From Minutocellus sp. GHC0000111 (taxonomy: Eukaryota), in NCBI GenBank assembly GCA_977018835.1, contig OZ361260.1, forward strand, positions 2,170,001 to 2,234,000: a DNA stretch of 64,000 nt. The letters are read 5' to 3'. Below, one piece after another: positions 23,313-33,297 of this stretch; within the stretch, counting starts at the first letter, position 1; each line of letters starts with the position of its first letter. The notes beneath the pieces were generated by a model. The model searched no databases and was not told the DNA's origin. It saw nothing but the letters and a program-made list of their open reading frames with translations. The position numbers and the translations under genes are program-made.

Positions 23313-24542
23313 CTAGCATAAGTTCCTGGCACTGGGTTTTCTATCATCGTCCGTCGACTTTGATCCTTTTCCTCGGTACCGCAGCGACGATGAACCATGG
23401 CCCTTGTTCCTATTGCCATACTGATTGTCATTCTCCGGCGGCTCCGGTCGGGCCACCGCCGCCTCTCGGCGCATATCATCGATCGAAGCGGCCATTGGGG
23501 ACAGTTCGGCCCTCTGCGCCTCCGCCTCCGATAGGCTGATGGCCATGGCCATCTGAATCGCCGCCTCCTCTTCTTCTTCTGATTGAGTGATCGGTAAAGA
23601 TGGAACAACATCGCCATTCATTCTGGCCGCTGCAATCGCCGCCTCCACACCGTCATCCTGGTTGCTGTTGTCGCCGCCAGTATCATCACCATCACCTCCG
23701 CCCAATTCTTGCAGGCTTAGCATCTTGGCCCGCTCCAACTGCGCCTCGTCGATGCTCTGGCTGTAGGCCGCGGTGGCACCGTACGGCGCCCTGCCCGGTT
23801 TGTACCGTATCTTGCGTTGCCTCTGCCCTCCCTTCTTGTTCGACTTGGCATTTTCCCCGTCCTCGGTGCTGTTGGAGCTTTGCTTCCGACCAATCTTGAA
23901 CCGTCCCAGGACCTTTGGCTTGGTGGATTTGCCACCCTTGCCCCCTCCACTTTTCAAATCGCCGCCGCTGCCGTCTCCATCCTCACCATCCTCCGCATGA
24001 GCAGCGTTACTGGCGGCCCGCACGACGTCCGTGCTGACCTGCAGGTCCTCCATCTGAATCATGGCCATCCGCCGCACTTCCTCGCTGGCGTACACGACGT
24101 TGGACGCACCGCTCGGTGGTTCGTCCCACACCCTCTGGCTTGTCGACTTGGACTGAAAGTACGACCGCAGGGTGAGCTGCGGGATGGCCTCGGCGGTACC
24201 ATCGTTGGCGATGCCGTTGCCAGCATTGTCATTGCCGCTGCTGCGCCCCGACGACGAGGCGGCGGAAGCTGCGGCTGCTGATGCCTGGGGGTTTTCAATG
24301 ACGGCCAAGTTCTCGTGCCATGTGTCGTTGTCACCCTCGGCAAACTTTTTGGTGGAGACTCGGGCCGAACGGCGGGCGGAGAATTGATCATTGTTGCCGG
24401 AAGAGGTGGGAGACGCCGACGAGCGTGGAGAGAGGGCAGCAGCGGCACTGGCGGCATTACTGCTGCTTCTCTGCGGGGCTGAGACGCTGGGCGGCCGATC
24501 GCCGCTGGAGGAGGAGCTCCTCTTGTTCTTGAAGGACTTCAT
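23313..24542 (-). CDS. Low-complexity protein with WW-like motif and UIM ubiquitin-interacting motifs
   Basis: DTWHE...RSYFQSKSTSQRVWDEPP (WW-like, with insertion); DEAQLERAKMLSLQE and EEEAAIQMAMAISLSEAE (UIM consensus). Confidence 0.72.
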   Translation of the reverse strand: MKSFKNKRSSSSSGDRPPSVSAPQRSSSNAASAAAALSPRSSASPTSSGNNDQFSARRSARVSTKKFAEGDNDTWHENLAVIENPQASAAAASAASSSGRSSGNDNAGNGIANDGTAEAIPQLTLRSYFQSKSTSQRVWDEPPSGASNVVYASEEVRRMAMIQMEDLQVSTDVVRAASNAAHAEDGEDGDGSGGDLKSGGGKGGKSTKPKVLGRFKIGRKQSSNSTEDGENAKSNKKGGQRQRKIRYKPGRAPYGATAAYSQSIDEAQLERAKMLSLQELGGGDGDDTGGDNSNQDDGVEAAIAAARMNGDVVPSLPITQSEEEEEAAIQMAMAISLSEAEAQRAELSPMAASIDDMRREAAVARPEPPENDNQYGNRNKGHGSSSLRYRGKGSKSTDDDRKPSARNLC

Positions 24543-25005
24543 TGCACTGGTCGTTCACTGGGACAACTTGGTGGCTCTTCGTTACTTCTGCCTTGCCTGT
24601 AAAAAACGACACATCTTGCAAAGCGGCAAAGTCAAACAAAAAGCAAGCAGCTGTGGAAATATTTTCCGAATGACGTTTTGATGGCGTCATTTTATGGCAA
24701 AAAGAACCCGGAAATATCACACAACCGCCGACGCCGACACATCTTGTGGAAGCAGATACGGTCACGACGGCACTGCTCGAATCTCCTTGCCTGTTAACCC
24801 CTGAACCTAATCAATCGAGTAACCAAGACCCTTAGCACGCAGCGAAAAGAGTAAGTTTTCATTTGATTGTAGTCAAAGCCTCATCGTGGAATTTCTTTTG
24901 CCATTTTGACTTGCCTCTTTGCGATTCTCATTTTGCTCACTCATTTCATTTCACTCTTGATGCGGTCTTCCCCTTCACATCACGCTCGACCTCGGCCTCG
25001 ACCAG

Positions 25006-27010
25006 ATGAAATACCAGCAGCATCTCAAGGAAAACATCTCCCCGGATTTCGGGGAGGAGAACTACCTGGCCTACGGCAAGCTCGATGACATCATCCGCAA
25101 GCTCAGCACCAAGGCCTTCGCCACGGACACCGACACCGAGAAGCGGACCGTCTCCATGTCGGCCACCGCCACCGTCGCTTCGGGGACGTCGGATGCCATT
25201 ACCGACGAGACCTTCTTTCGCCAGATGGATGCCGAATTGGCCAAGGTTGAGCAGTTCACTTTGACGCAGGTGAACAAGCTGCGGGAGGAGATCGATGTCA
25301 TCGAACAGACGCTGAAATCAACCGCTGACGATCGCGGCAAGATCCAGACCATGGTGGACTCTGTGGCGGAGGAATTCCTCCACCTGGAGAAATACGTCAA
25401 CCTGAACTTTATGGGATTTCACAAGATCTTGAAGAAGCACGACAAGTACGTGCCGAGCAACCCCTGCAAGGCCTTCTATGTCAGTCGGATGCACGCACAG
25501 GCCTGGGTCCGAGGAGATTACTCCGACGTTGTTGTGCGGTTGTCAGACATCTATGCCGCTCTCCGTGGCGACCATACCGCTGAAGACAAGGGTGGCGACA
25601 GCCAAAGCTTCCTTCGCCAGACTTCCAAATATTGGATCAAGACCGAGGATGTGAGCGCAGTGAAGTACGCCGTCCTTAAGCATTTGCCCGTCTTCCTGCA
25701 GAAAACTTCCACCTCAGGTCCATGCGAGTGAGGTGCCGTCTGTTCTCGATGGAACGTATCCAATTGCTCAGAAAAAGAAAGAGATGATTGAGAAGCGCGG
25801 TGCCAGCCAGGAGGAGGCTGATGACTGGGAAACGCTTGTATCGGAGATCATCCAGGTCATTCAGACGAAGCAGCTGGTGCCTACAATGCGCACCCAGTGC
25901 ATGAGGACTGCATTTCAGGTGCCCTTCGATGCAACGGTTCGTGTTAGCTTGGATACAAACCTCTGCATGATCAGTGAGCGTGGATACGACATCAAGGGTG
26001 GTAAGGTTTGGCACCGAGACTCCACAAAAACTCTCGACTACACCGAAATAACCCGTTTTCCTCATGCTATCCTTGAGGTCAAGCTCGAGCTCAAGGGTGA
26101 TGATATCGTTGCACCCCAGTGGGTGAGTGATCTACAAAATTCAGGAATGCTTTATGAGGTCCACAAGTATTCCAAATTTACGCACGGGTGTGCCGTCTTG
26201 CTCCCAGAGGAGGTTCGGTGTGTCCCCTACTGGATCGATGATGTCTCTATTCGCGAATCGATAATTTCATCCGGAGGTGGTCGGATTCTAGCTCGGGCCG
26301 ATCTCACGGATGAGGAAAAGGAGAAGACGCGAAAGGCGGGCGTTGGTCCAGGAGCCAACGAAGTTTATAACCATCTGCTTCCTTTCGGTCACGTTTATGA
26401 CGATCGGTCCAAGACCGCCGTTGGGCGTACAGCCCAGTCGGTTGCCGCATCGTCTGGTAATCTTGATACATTTAAAGATCCCAAATATGGGGTACTCAAC
26501 CAAGCCTTTGGCGATGCCTATGGTGACGATGGAGGAGATATTGATATTCAATTTGGAGATGATGATGACGATTGCTGCTCTTGGTTCTTCCCCTTCTGTG
26601 CCAAATCCAACAATGCTTACGCCATGCCAGTCATGGCACCGACGAGGTTGCAAAAGGTTGAGCCGAAGATTTCGTTCGCTAACGAGCGTGTTTTTATGCA
26701 TTGGCTCCATAACGGCGTCATGCTTTATACCATTGCGTCGGGCATTCTGGCGTTTGCCTCCCAGGAGGGTGAGAATTGGGCGGTTTGGTATGCAATGGCT
26801 CTTTTGCCTATTGCTCTGGCCTTTTGTATTTATGCCATGCACGTCTTCTTGTGGAGAGCAGAGAGGACCAAGACACGCATTCCAGGCAGATGGGATGATG
26901 TTCGGGGACCAATGATCATTGGAGGTGCTCTGGTGGTCGTCCTGAGTATCAATTTTTGCTGCCGGCTTTATGTCATTGCCAAGTACAACTCCATTCAGAG
27001 CGACTTGTAA
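25006..27010 (+). pseudogene. VTC4: Vacuolar polyphosphate polymerase (SPX-VTC-DUF202) with a frame-shifting internal deletion at 25713/25714
   Basis: SPX (MKYQQHL...YVNLNFMGFHKILKKHDK), SFLRQTSKYWI, RTAFQ.P.D..VRVSLDTNL, FPHAILEVKL, KYSKFTHG, KVEPKISFANERVF; probable 5'UTR intron 24851-25005. Confidence 0.85.
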
Positions 27011-27156
27011 TTTCTTATCTCAGCATGGTTTGTATTGAATTTCACTACACAACTTAAGATCTCAAAACACAACTTTAAAAATTGATGATTAAGCTCAACC
27101 AGATCTGCAGATCTAGGAAATAAGTGTTGTATGTTCATGTTTCTACTCTATCTCAT

Positions 27157-28392
27157 CTACAATTCGATTGTATCCATGGGACCAACTTCGTCAGCATCGT
27201 CTCGCTCAGGAAGTCCAAATAGTTTGGGGTATTTCTTGTACAGAGAAGAGGAGTGTGGCAGAGGATTTGGCTCGGCGTCGAAGCTATCGGCACTGGGAGC
27301 TGATCGAATGCTTGGATTGCTCTTGATATCGATGACTTCGATACCCATGTTTTCGCTTTCGAAAGCTTGCGTCAGCTGATTGATTGTGCTGCCATCGCCC
27401 CAACGAGGGCTACCATCACGACCATCATCGAAAGGCACTATCACTGTGGAGAGTGAGGGTTTGTTCTTGATTTCTGTCACTACGGGCTGCTTCCTGCGCT
27501 TTCGAAGGGCAAGACCAACAATGGCCAGAACAATGAGCGAAAGAAAGGCGAAGGCCATGACCGCATAGCCACTACTACTCTTGATGTTGAAGGTACCGGC
27601 ACCGATCTGGCTGCTAGTGAGATTTTCATCGGTATTGATAGCAGCAATAACTTTAGAACTGGTGGTAGAAGAGGCGGTCGTGGGAATGTTGGTGCTACTT
27701 TGCGATGGCTGGGAAGTTGCTCTGGAAATATCTGTAGGGATATTTGTGCCGACGATGGTGGGAGAGGAAGTTGGCGTAAAGTTTACGATTACCTCGTCAT
27801 CATCGATATCAAATGTCATACGAAAAGTAGGAGATTCCGTTACAAGGCCGGTCCTGGTCGTAGACGGGGCTGAAGTGGGACTTGCGGTAGGAGTAAAAGT
27901 AGGCATGGCTGTGGGCGAAGCCGTTGGAGGTGACGGCGAGGGCCCGGTCATGCCAGTAGGAGGTAGGGTGGTAGGAACTGAACTCGAACTGGTGGTCGAA
28001 TCAGCGTTTGGATCACCGCCATCATCTTGCCGTTGCTCGTCATCAATATCTGAAGGCGATACACAGTAGTCAACGTCTAATGTAGCCAGGCCGCCACAGC
28101 CAGGGACATTGTTCTCGACCCCGTCTCGTTCAAGGCAAATCAGGCTGCCTTGACAGTCCTCATCTCAGTCGCAATCACCTCTGCATCGGCCGAAGGGTCC
28201 TTTGTTGCCATGAAATTGTAGCACGTCAGAGTCGGTCGTACGAATGATATCGTCGTTGCCCTCGGATTTGTTCTTTTTCATACGACGATGGGCGCCATGA
28301 TTATTGATTGTAGCCGTCGACGAAGATACATCTTCGACAGTTCCAATGTGTGCCGATGAAGTTCGGAGATGCTTTGTGCTACTGATCCTCAT
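27157..28392 (-). pseudogene. Membrane-anchored frustulin-domain/mucin-like protein; in-frame TGA at 28165-28167
   Basis: Reading through the TGA gives CRGDCD*DEDCQGSLICLERDGVENNVPGCGGLATLDVDYC (frustulin ACR pattern), in frame with SPT repeats, a TM helix and RKRRK. Confidence 0.75.
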
Positions 28393-29305
28393 TTTGCTTG
28401 GGATTTGGCGATATGTTGACAACAATCCGATGCCAATACAGTTTGGATTCAAGAGAGAGTGATGAGATGTCCTGCGAAATCGGCGTGCAACGGCCCGCCA
28501 ACGGCATCGGCCGATGGTGGATCGTGTTAGAACATCAGCCGGGACTGAGACCGGAGAAATAAGGGGTTTCCCGGAAAAAGGACGAAAAGGGGGGGGGGTA
28601 CGATTTATTCACCGACCACCGGTTCATCGAGGCAAGATCTATGACGAGGCGACCTGCTACGTGTACCGTATTTGATAGATCTTCTTACTATGTTTAGTTT
28701 CCTTCTCTTCACCATGGTATACCATCTTGTTTTCCTCATCTATCTAAAAGACCACCGCCCACCACCTGACTTGCCGATAGGAATTCCTACATGTAGAGTC
28801 TAGATCTACCGGCACTTGACTTTTCCAATGACCACTGAAACACACATGCACTTGCTTTCCAGATCAAGAACTCATTCGAAGTCACAGACTCTGACTGCCT
28901 CTTCGTCGTTGAGCTCAGTCTGAAGAGCATCGTAGCAGCCACTCACGCCGGCGTCGGGGGCCGCCGATGCGCCCTCACGACTTCGGGTTGAAGCCTCGTC
29001 CTCGGGTGAATTCCACGATGATGCGGACATGACCATCGATCCATCCATTGGTCTTTCGAATTCCAAGGACGCCTTGCAGAGAATGGTTTTGGACGGCACC
29101 CCAGATCCAGATTAAAATGTCCGAGACAAATTGGCTCTTTTGATGGATCTGAAAGGCCTCAAATGACTTCCATTGTTGTGGGATATAGCCGATGTTGACA
29201 GACCGGTAGAGGTGCAAAAATAATATCAATAGGACATCTGATAATGTTCCACCGCCGCTTGATATTGTTGTCTTGCGACTACGGGTCCACCAGTGGCGTA
29301 CGGAA

Positions 29306-30528
29306 TCATAACCACGGCTCAACCTCTTTCAGACTCCATCTGTAAAATGCATCCCTTGCCTCCCTATCGCCGTAACTTTCGGGCGAGCTGCGCTGAATTA
29401 GAAAGTCTTCAAAGGTAAACCTCTGTCCGAGCAAAAGGATAAGACCTCCAAAGTCAACGATCCCATCTCTCCATCCCATCTTGGTCACCCATTCCGAGGT
29501 CCATACTTCTTGAAAGGCAAGTACTCCAATATTCGAGAATTTGCAACCAGACAATCACCGTCATTCAAGGCATTGCCCAATTCCTCGCTTGATCGGAATA
29601 TGGCATTAAGGGCCGAGGCAATTCCGGCACCTGTCACTGGAAATGCCAAGCGTTCTAAAAAGTCTCGTGCCTCTTCTCCACCAATGCCGGTTCCAACCCA
29701 CGTGGGACAAGCGCATGCCGACTCGCAACCGTTTATGCTTCGTGAGTGCCATATCTGTGCGAGCTTGGTATTCCCGTAGCTTCGTTCCTTATGCTTTGGT
29801 CCCTGTTTAGTTGGGTCACTTTGATATGCGATGGGTATTGGGTTTGGCACCAGTTCTGATCCGTCTACCTTCCAATGATATGTGGACGTCAAGTGAACAA
29901 TTCGTGACTGTGGCGATGAGGACAGGGCGGGCATCAGTTTTTCCACCAACAAAAAGTGACTCAAATAGTTGACAGTAAATGCCAAATCATATCCGTGGAC
30001 TGATTTCATAGCAGTTGATCCGAGTTCGGCCTCCTCGCGGTACGTCATGCCGGCATTGTTGATTAATAAGTCTACTCGCTCAAATCTTTTCAGAATCCCC
30101 TCTGCACTCTGTGATACCGACGCCAAATCTTCGTGCCGCGTGGGGATGGTGATAATGCGAGCCGATGTGCTAATTTTTTGTTCGTCATTGTTGCCACTAT
30201 CACCGTCAAGAGATTGCTTCAACTCATCCAAGCCCGTTGTATTGCGATCCATTGCAACTACCGTGGCACCAAGACCATGGCACACGGTGGTAAGAGCCCT
30301 GCCGATCCCACCGGCAGCTCCCGTGCAGGCGACCACCCTGCCCTCCATGGGCAAGCTGTCGTCACCGTAAACACCATATCGCTTGCGGGCAAGCTCTTCA
30401 ATAGTTTGGGGTGACAGACCAGCTGGCTGGGGAGGGATCAACGAAAAGCCATCGGCGGTTGGAATGAATAATAGAGACGACAGAACCACAAGCTGGAGAA
30501 AGGTGTGGAAGTGGAACGAGCCATTCAT
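29306..30528 (-). CDS. Short-chain dehydrogenase/reductase (retinol-DH/WWOX-like), probably plastid-targeted; frameshift near 29510
   Basis: TGAAGGIG, LLINNAG, VNYLSHFLL, YGNTK (YxxxK); adding one A joins PFK to EVWTSEW...WSLKEVEPWL. Confidence 0.85.
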
Positions 30529-30798
30529 GCTTGCATGGGACGCGAGGAGGATACGCCTGCACTACACCTGCCTGATGATGAACAACAATACAACAACAAC
30601 AACACATGATGAGAGACGGCCAGCGGCCAGACGTAAAGCACTCCCAAACAGTCAAAACACACCGGCGTGACCAGCCTTTCTCTCTCCTCAGGCTCTTTCA
30701 CATCTGCTCCTTGCGCTGGCTGGCAGTTGTGTAAAAGGGAAGCAAGGCAATGCGGTAATAAGCGCTGCCATTGTTTGCTTTCCTGTAGCGATATCGAT

Positions 30799-33108
30799 AT
30801 GATACGACGATGTCGCCAGTGGCGTCCCTTGGGGGCTGGGCTGCCCTTGCTCCTTGCACATGTGCTTCTTCAACGAGGGGTGCCGATCGAAGCGAAGCAC
30901 ACAAACTATTCGTCACTGGGCAAGAAAGATGAACATATCCCCCAATTTGCACTGGACAAGAAAGATAACTTTCCTCCACTTGCACTCGCATTGGGAGAAG
31001 AAGCCAAGACTAGTAGTAATGGAGAGCCAAGGAGGAGGATAGAGCAGAACAATGGTGATGATGATGCTCAGGGAGATGACGATGGCTACAACAACAATAG
31101 CAATCAAAACAACAACAACGCCCGATGTTCCAAGTATCTCTTCAACTTTCTCGAGGGTACGACCGATGCCGACGATACGTGCGATGGGCTGAAGAATGCC
31201 TACACTGCCGCCGGATGTTCCGAGGACGACGAGTCCTACAACGAAGCGAACGACAACGACGACTATTTCGTAAACTTCTCGGCGCACAAGTGTTGCAGTG
31301 CTCTGCAGAAGCACTACACCGAGTACTGCCGATCGGATTATGTATTTTCCAACCTTCATCTGCTCTTTGCCATGATCGTTCTGTTGTTGTCGGAATGTGC
31401 CAAGAATATTATCCATAGGATGAAGTACATCAACTTCATACCTGAGGCCGGCATTTGCATCCTGGTCGGAGCTCTGGGTGGTATAGTGGCCAAGTTGGTG
31501 CCCAACAGTAACATCGATGATCTGTCGTTTGATAGCGACCTGTTCATGTCTGTTCTCCTCCCTCCCATCATCTTTGATGCGGCACTTTCGGTTTCCAAGA
31601 CGCAATTCAAGCGAAGGAGGACCGCCATTGCATGCTTCGCCATTCTAGGGACGATGGTGAGCACTGCCATCACTGGCGCGGTCGTTTACTATTCTTCTCA
31701 ATATGCTGAGGAGTCACTTCCGGCACTCGACTCGCTGGTCTTTGGTGCCTTAATCTCGTCCATCGATCCCGTCGCAATCCTTAGCATATTATCAAGTCTT
31801 GGCCTTACACAGGCGGATACTGTATTCATACTGGTGCTTGGGGAAAGCCTCCTAAATGACGGAGTTGCCGTCACTGTCTTCAAAACGCTTGTGGAGCATT
31901 TCGATGGCAAAACCAATGACGGCTCGACGAGTGTATCGGAGATTCTGGGGACCATCGCTGACTTTGTAATCAACATGGTTGGGTCCGTAGCGGTTGCATT
32001 GATCTGCGGGATTTTGGCGTGGACTTTCTTTTACCTCTTGAAGAGAACGCTTAGTCCTGCCATGGAAGTGGGCAGCGTCTTTATTTGGGCGTTGGTTCCA
32101 TTTTATATTTCCGAAGCCCTCGATTGGAGCGGCATTGTCTCTCTTGTCGTGATGGGATGCTTCATGGACGTTTACATTGCATCGCCAAAGGAACACAAAG
32201 GAGGCGTTTCACCTGGAGCAGCGAGCGGCTTTTGCAATGCCACCGACGGATTCAATGAATATGTCAACATGGACGATCGAAGTCTTGCCAACTCAATCAC
32301 TCCCCTCCAGGGCACATCGCGAATGCGTCTTTCCGAAGAAGCAGAGAAACACGTTCGATTCTTTGCCCATGTAACGGCTCAACTATCAGAAAGTGCCATC
32401 TTTGCCTACCTTGGATTATTTCTCTTCAGTCAGAAATATGACTGGGACCCAGCACTAATTACCATTGGAATTATATCCTGCCTGGCATCGAGGGGGGTCA
32501 TGGTGATATTGATGAGTCAGTTTATCCTTTTGACTTATAAGATGCGTGTGTACTCGACCAAAGCACCAAAAAGAGAGTCAGCAAAAAGTGGCAAGGACTC
32601 GCCAGCTTCAACTTTGAATGGGTCCACTACTACTGAAGATATTTACAACACTCAAGAACAAGAGGCGGCGCGAGATCATGAAACAAAATACATGAGTAAA
32701 ACTGCCGCTGCCCTTCGCAATCCAAAGACACAATCAGTACTCTGGCTAGCCGGCTTGAGAGGTGCTGTTTCATTGTCGTTGGTAGAAAACATACCACTGC
32801 ACAATGCACTGACTGGCGAGGGATGCCAGTACAGGCCTCTAATCAAGGGCATGACTTCGGCATCAATTATTTTCACAACCTTTGTGCTTGGGGGTGCGTC
32901 CTATTTCCTTTTGCCAATATTGGGGTTTGGCCCTGACCTAAAGGACGATGACGAAGCGGAAACAGGAAGTACTGACATTGAACTTTCATCCCGGAAACAA
33001 GGATTAGAAGGCTTCCAAGTGAGCACGCCCACCAAAGCCCATCGGCATCTCAAAATTTGCACAAGCGAATTATCAGCGGCGGAGCCATTGCCACCACCCC
33101 TCTTCTGA
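30799..33108 (+). CDS. CPA1 Na+/H+ exchanger (NHE/NHX) with Cys-rich luminal N-terminal extension
   Basis: LLPPIIFDA, FGALISSIDPVAIL, LGESLLNDGVAV, SGIVS, WLAGLRGAVS. Confidence 0.92.
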   Translation: MIRRCRQWRPLGAGLPLLLAHVLLQRGVPIEAKHTNYSSLGKKDEHIPQFALDKKDNFPPLALALGEEAKTSSNGEPRRRIEQNNGDDDAQGDDDGYNNNSNQNNNNARCSKYLFNFLEGTTDADDTCDGLKNAYTAAGCSEDDESYNEANDNDDYFVNFSAHKCCSALQKHYTEYCRSDYVFSNLHLLFAMIVLLLSECAKNIIHRMKYINFIPEAGICILVGALGGIVAKLVPNSNIDDLSFDSDLFMSVLLPPIIFDAALSVSKTQFKRRRTAIACFAILGTMVSTAITGAVVYYSSQYAEESLPALDSLVFGALISSIDPVAILSILSSLGLTQADTVFILVLGESLLNDGVAVTVFKTLVEHFDGKTNDGSTSVSEILGTIADFVINMVGSVAVALICGILAWTFFYLLKRTLSPAMEVGSVFIWALVPFYISEALDWSGIVSLVVMGCFMDVYIASPKEHKGGVSPGAASGFCNATDGFNEYVNMDDRSLANSITPLQGTSRMRLSEEAEKHVRFFAHVTAQLSESAIFAYLGLFLFSQKYDWDPALITIGIISCLASRGVMVILMSQFILLTYKMRVYSTKAPKRESAKSGKDSPASTLNGSTTTEDIYNTQEQEAARDHETKYMSKTAAALRNPKTQSVLWLAGLRGAVSLSLVENIPLHNALTGEGCQYRPLIKGMTSASIIFTTFVLGGASYFLLPILGFGPDLKDDDEAETGSTDIELSSRKQGLEGFQVSTPTKAHRHLKICTSELSAAEPLPPPLF

Positions 33109-33297
33109 TGTGCAGCCGTCGTCAGACGGCTGGCACATGAATCATGATAGGAACTCTTTGCATTCATGTATTAGTGTAGGGCTTTATGAACTAGTTAGAA
33201 AGTTTTTTGTTCCTGCTGCCTCATCGGTAGGCAGAGTCTACCACCAGTACCGTTGCCTCTTATCTTCCCGCGCTGGCTTTTTGAGTTTCGGCGATGT

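Noticed and set aside
5154..28167. Alternative genetic code or selenocysteine to explain the in-frame stops
   Set aside because: All three stop codons end intact genes in this window; the internal stops are one each of TAA, TAG and TGA; the TGA is not at a Cys position
28850..29300. Short ORF fragments between the frustulin-like gene and the SDR
   Set aside because: No recognisable motif or clear start; possible relic but unsupported
33269..33283. Alternative left TIR (cgcgctggctttttg vs cacagggactttttg)
   Set aside because: Only 10/15 match and no target-site duplication
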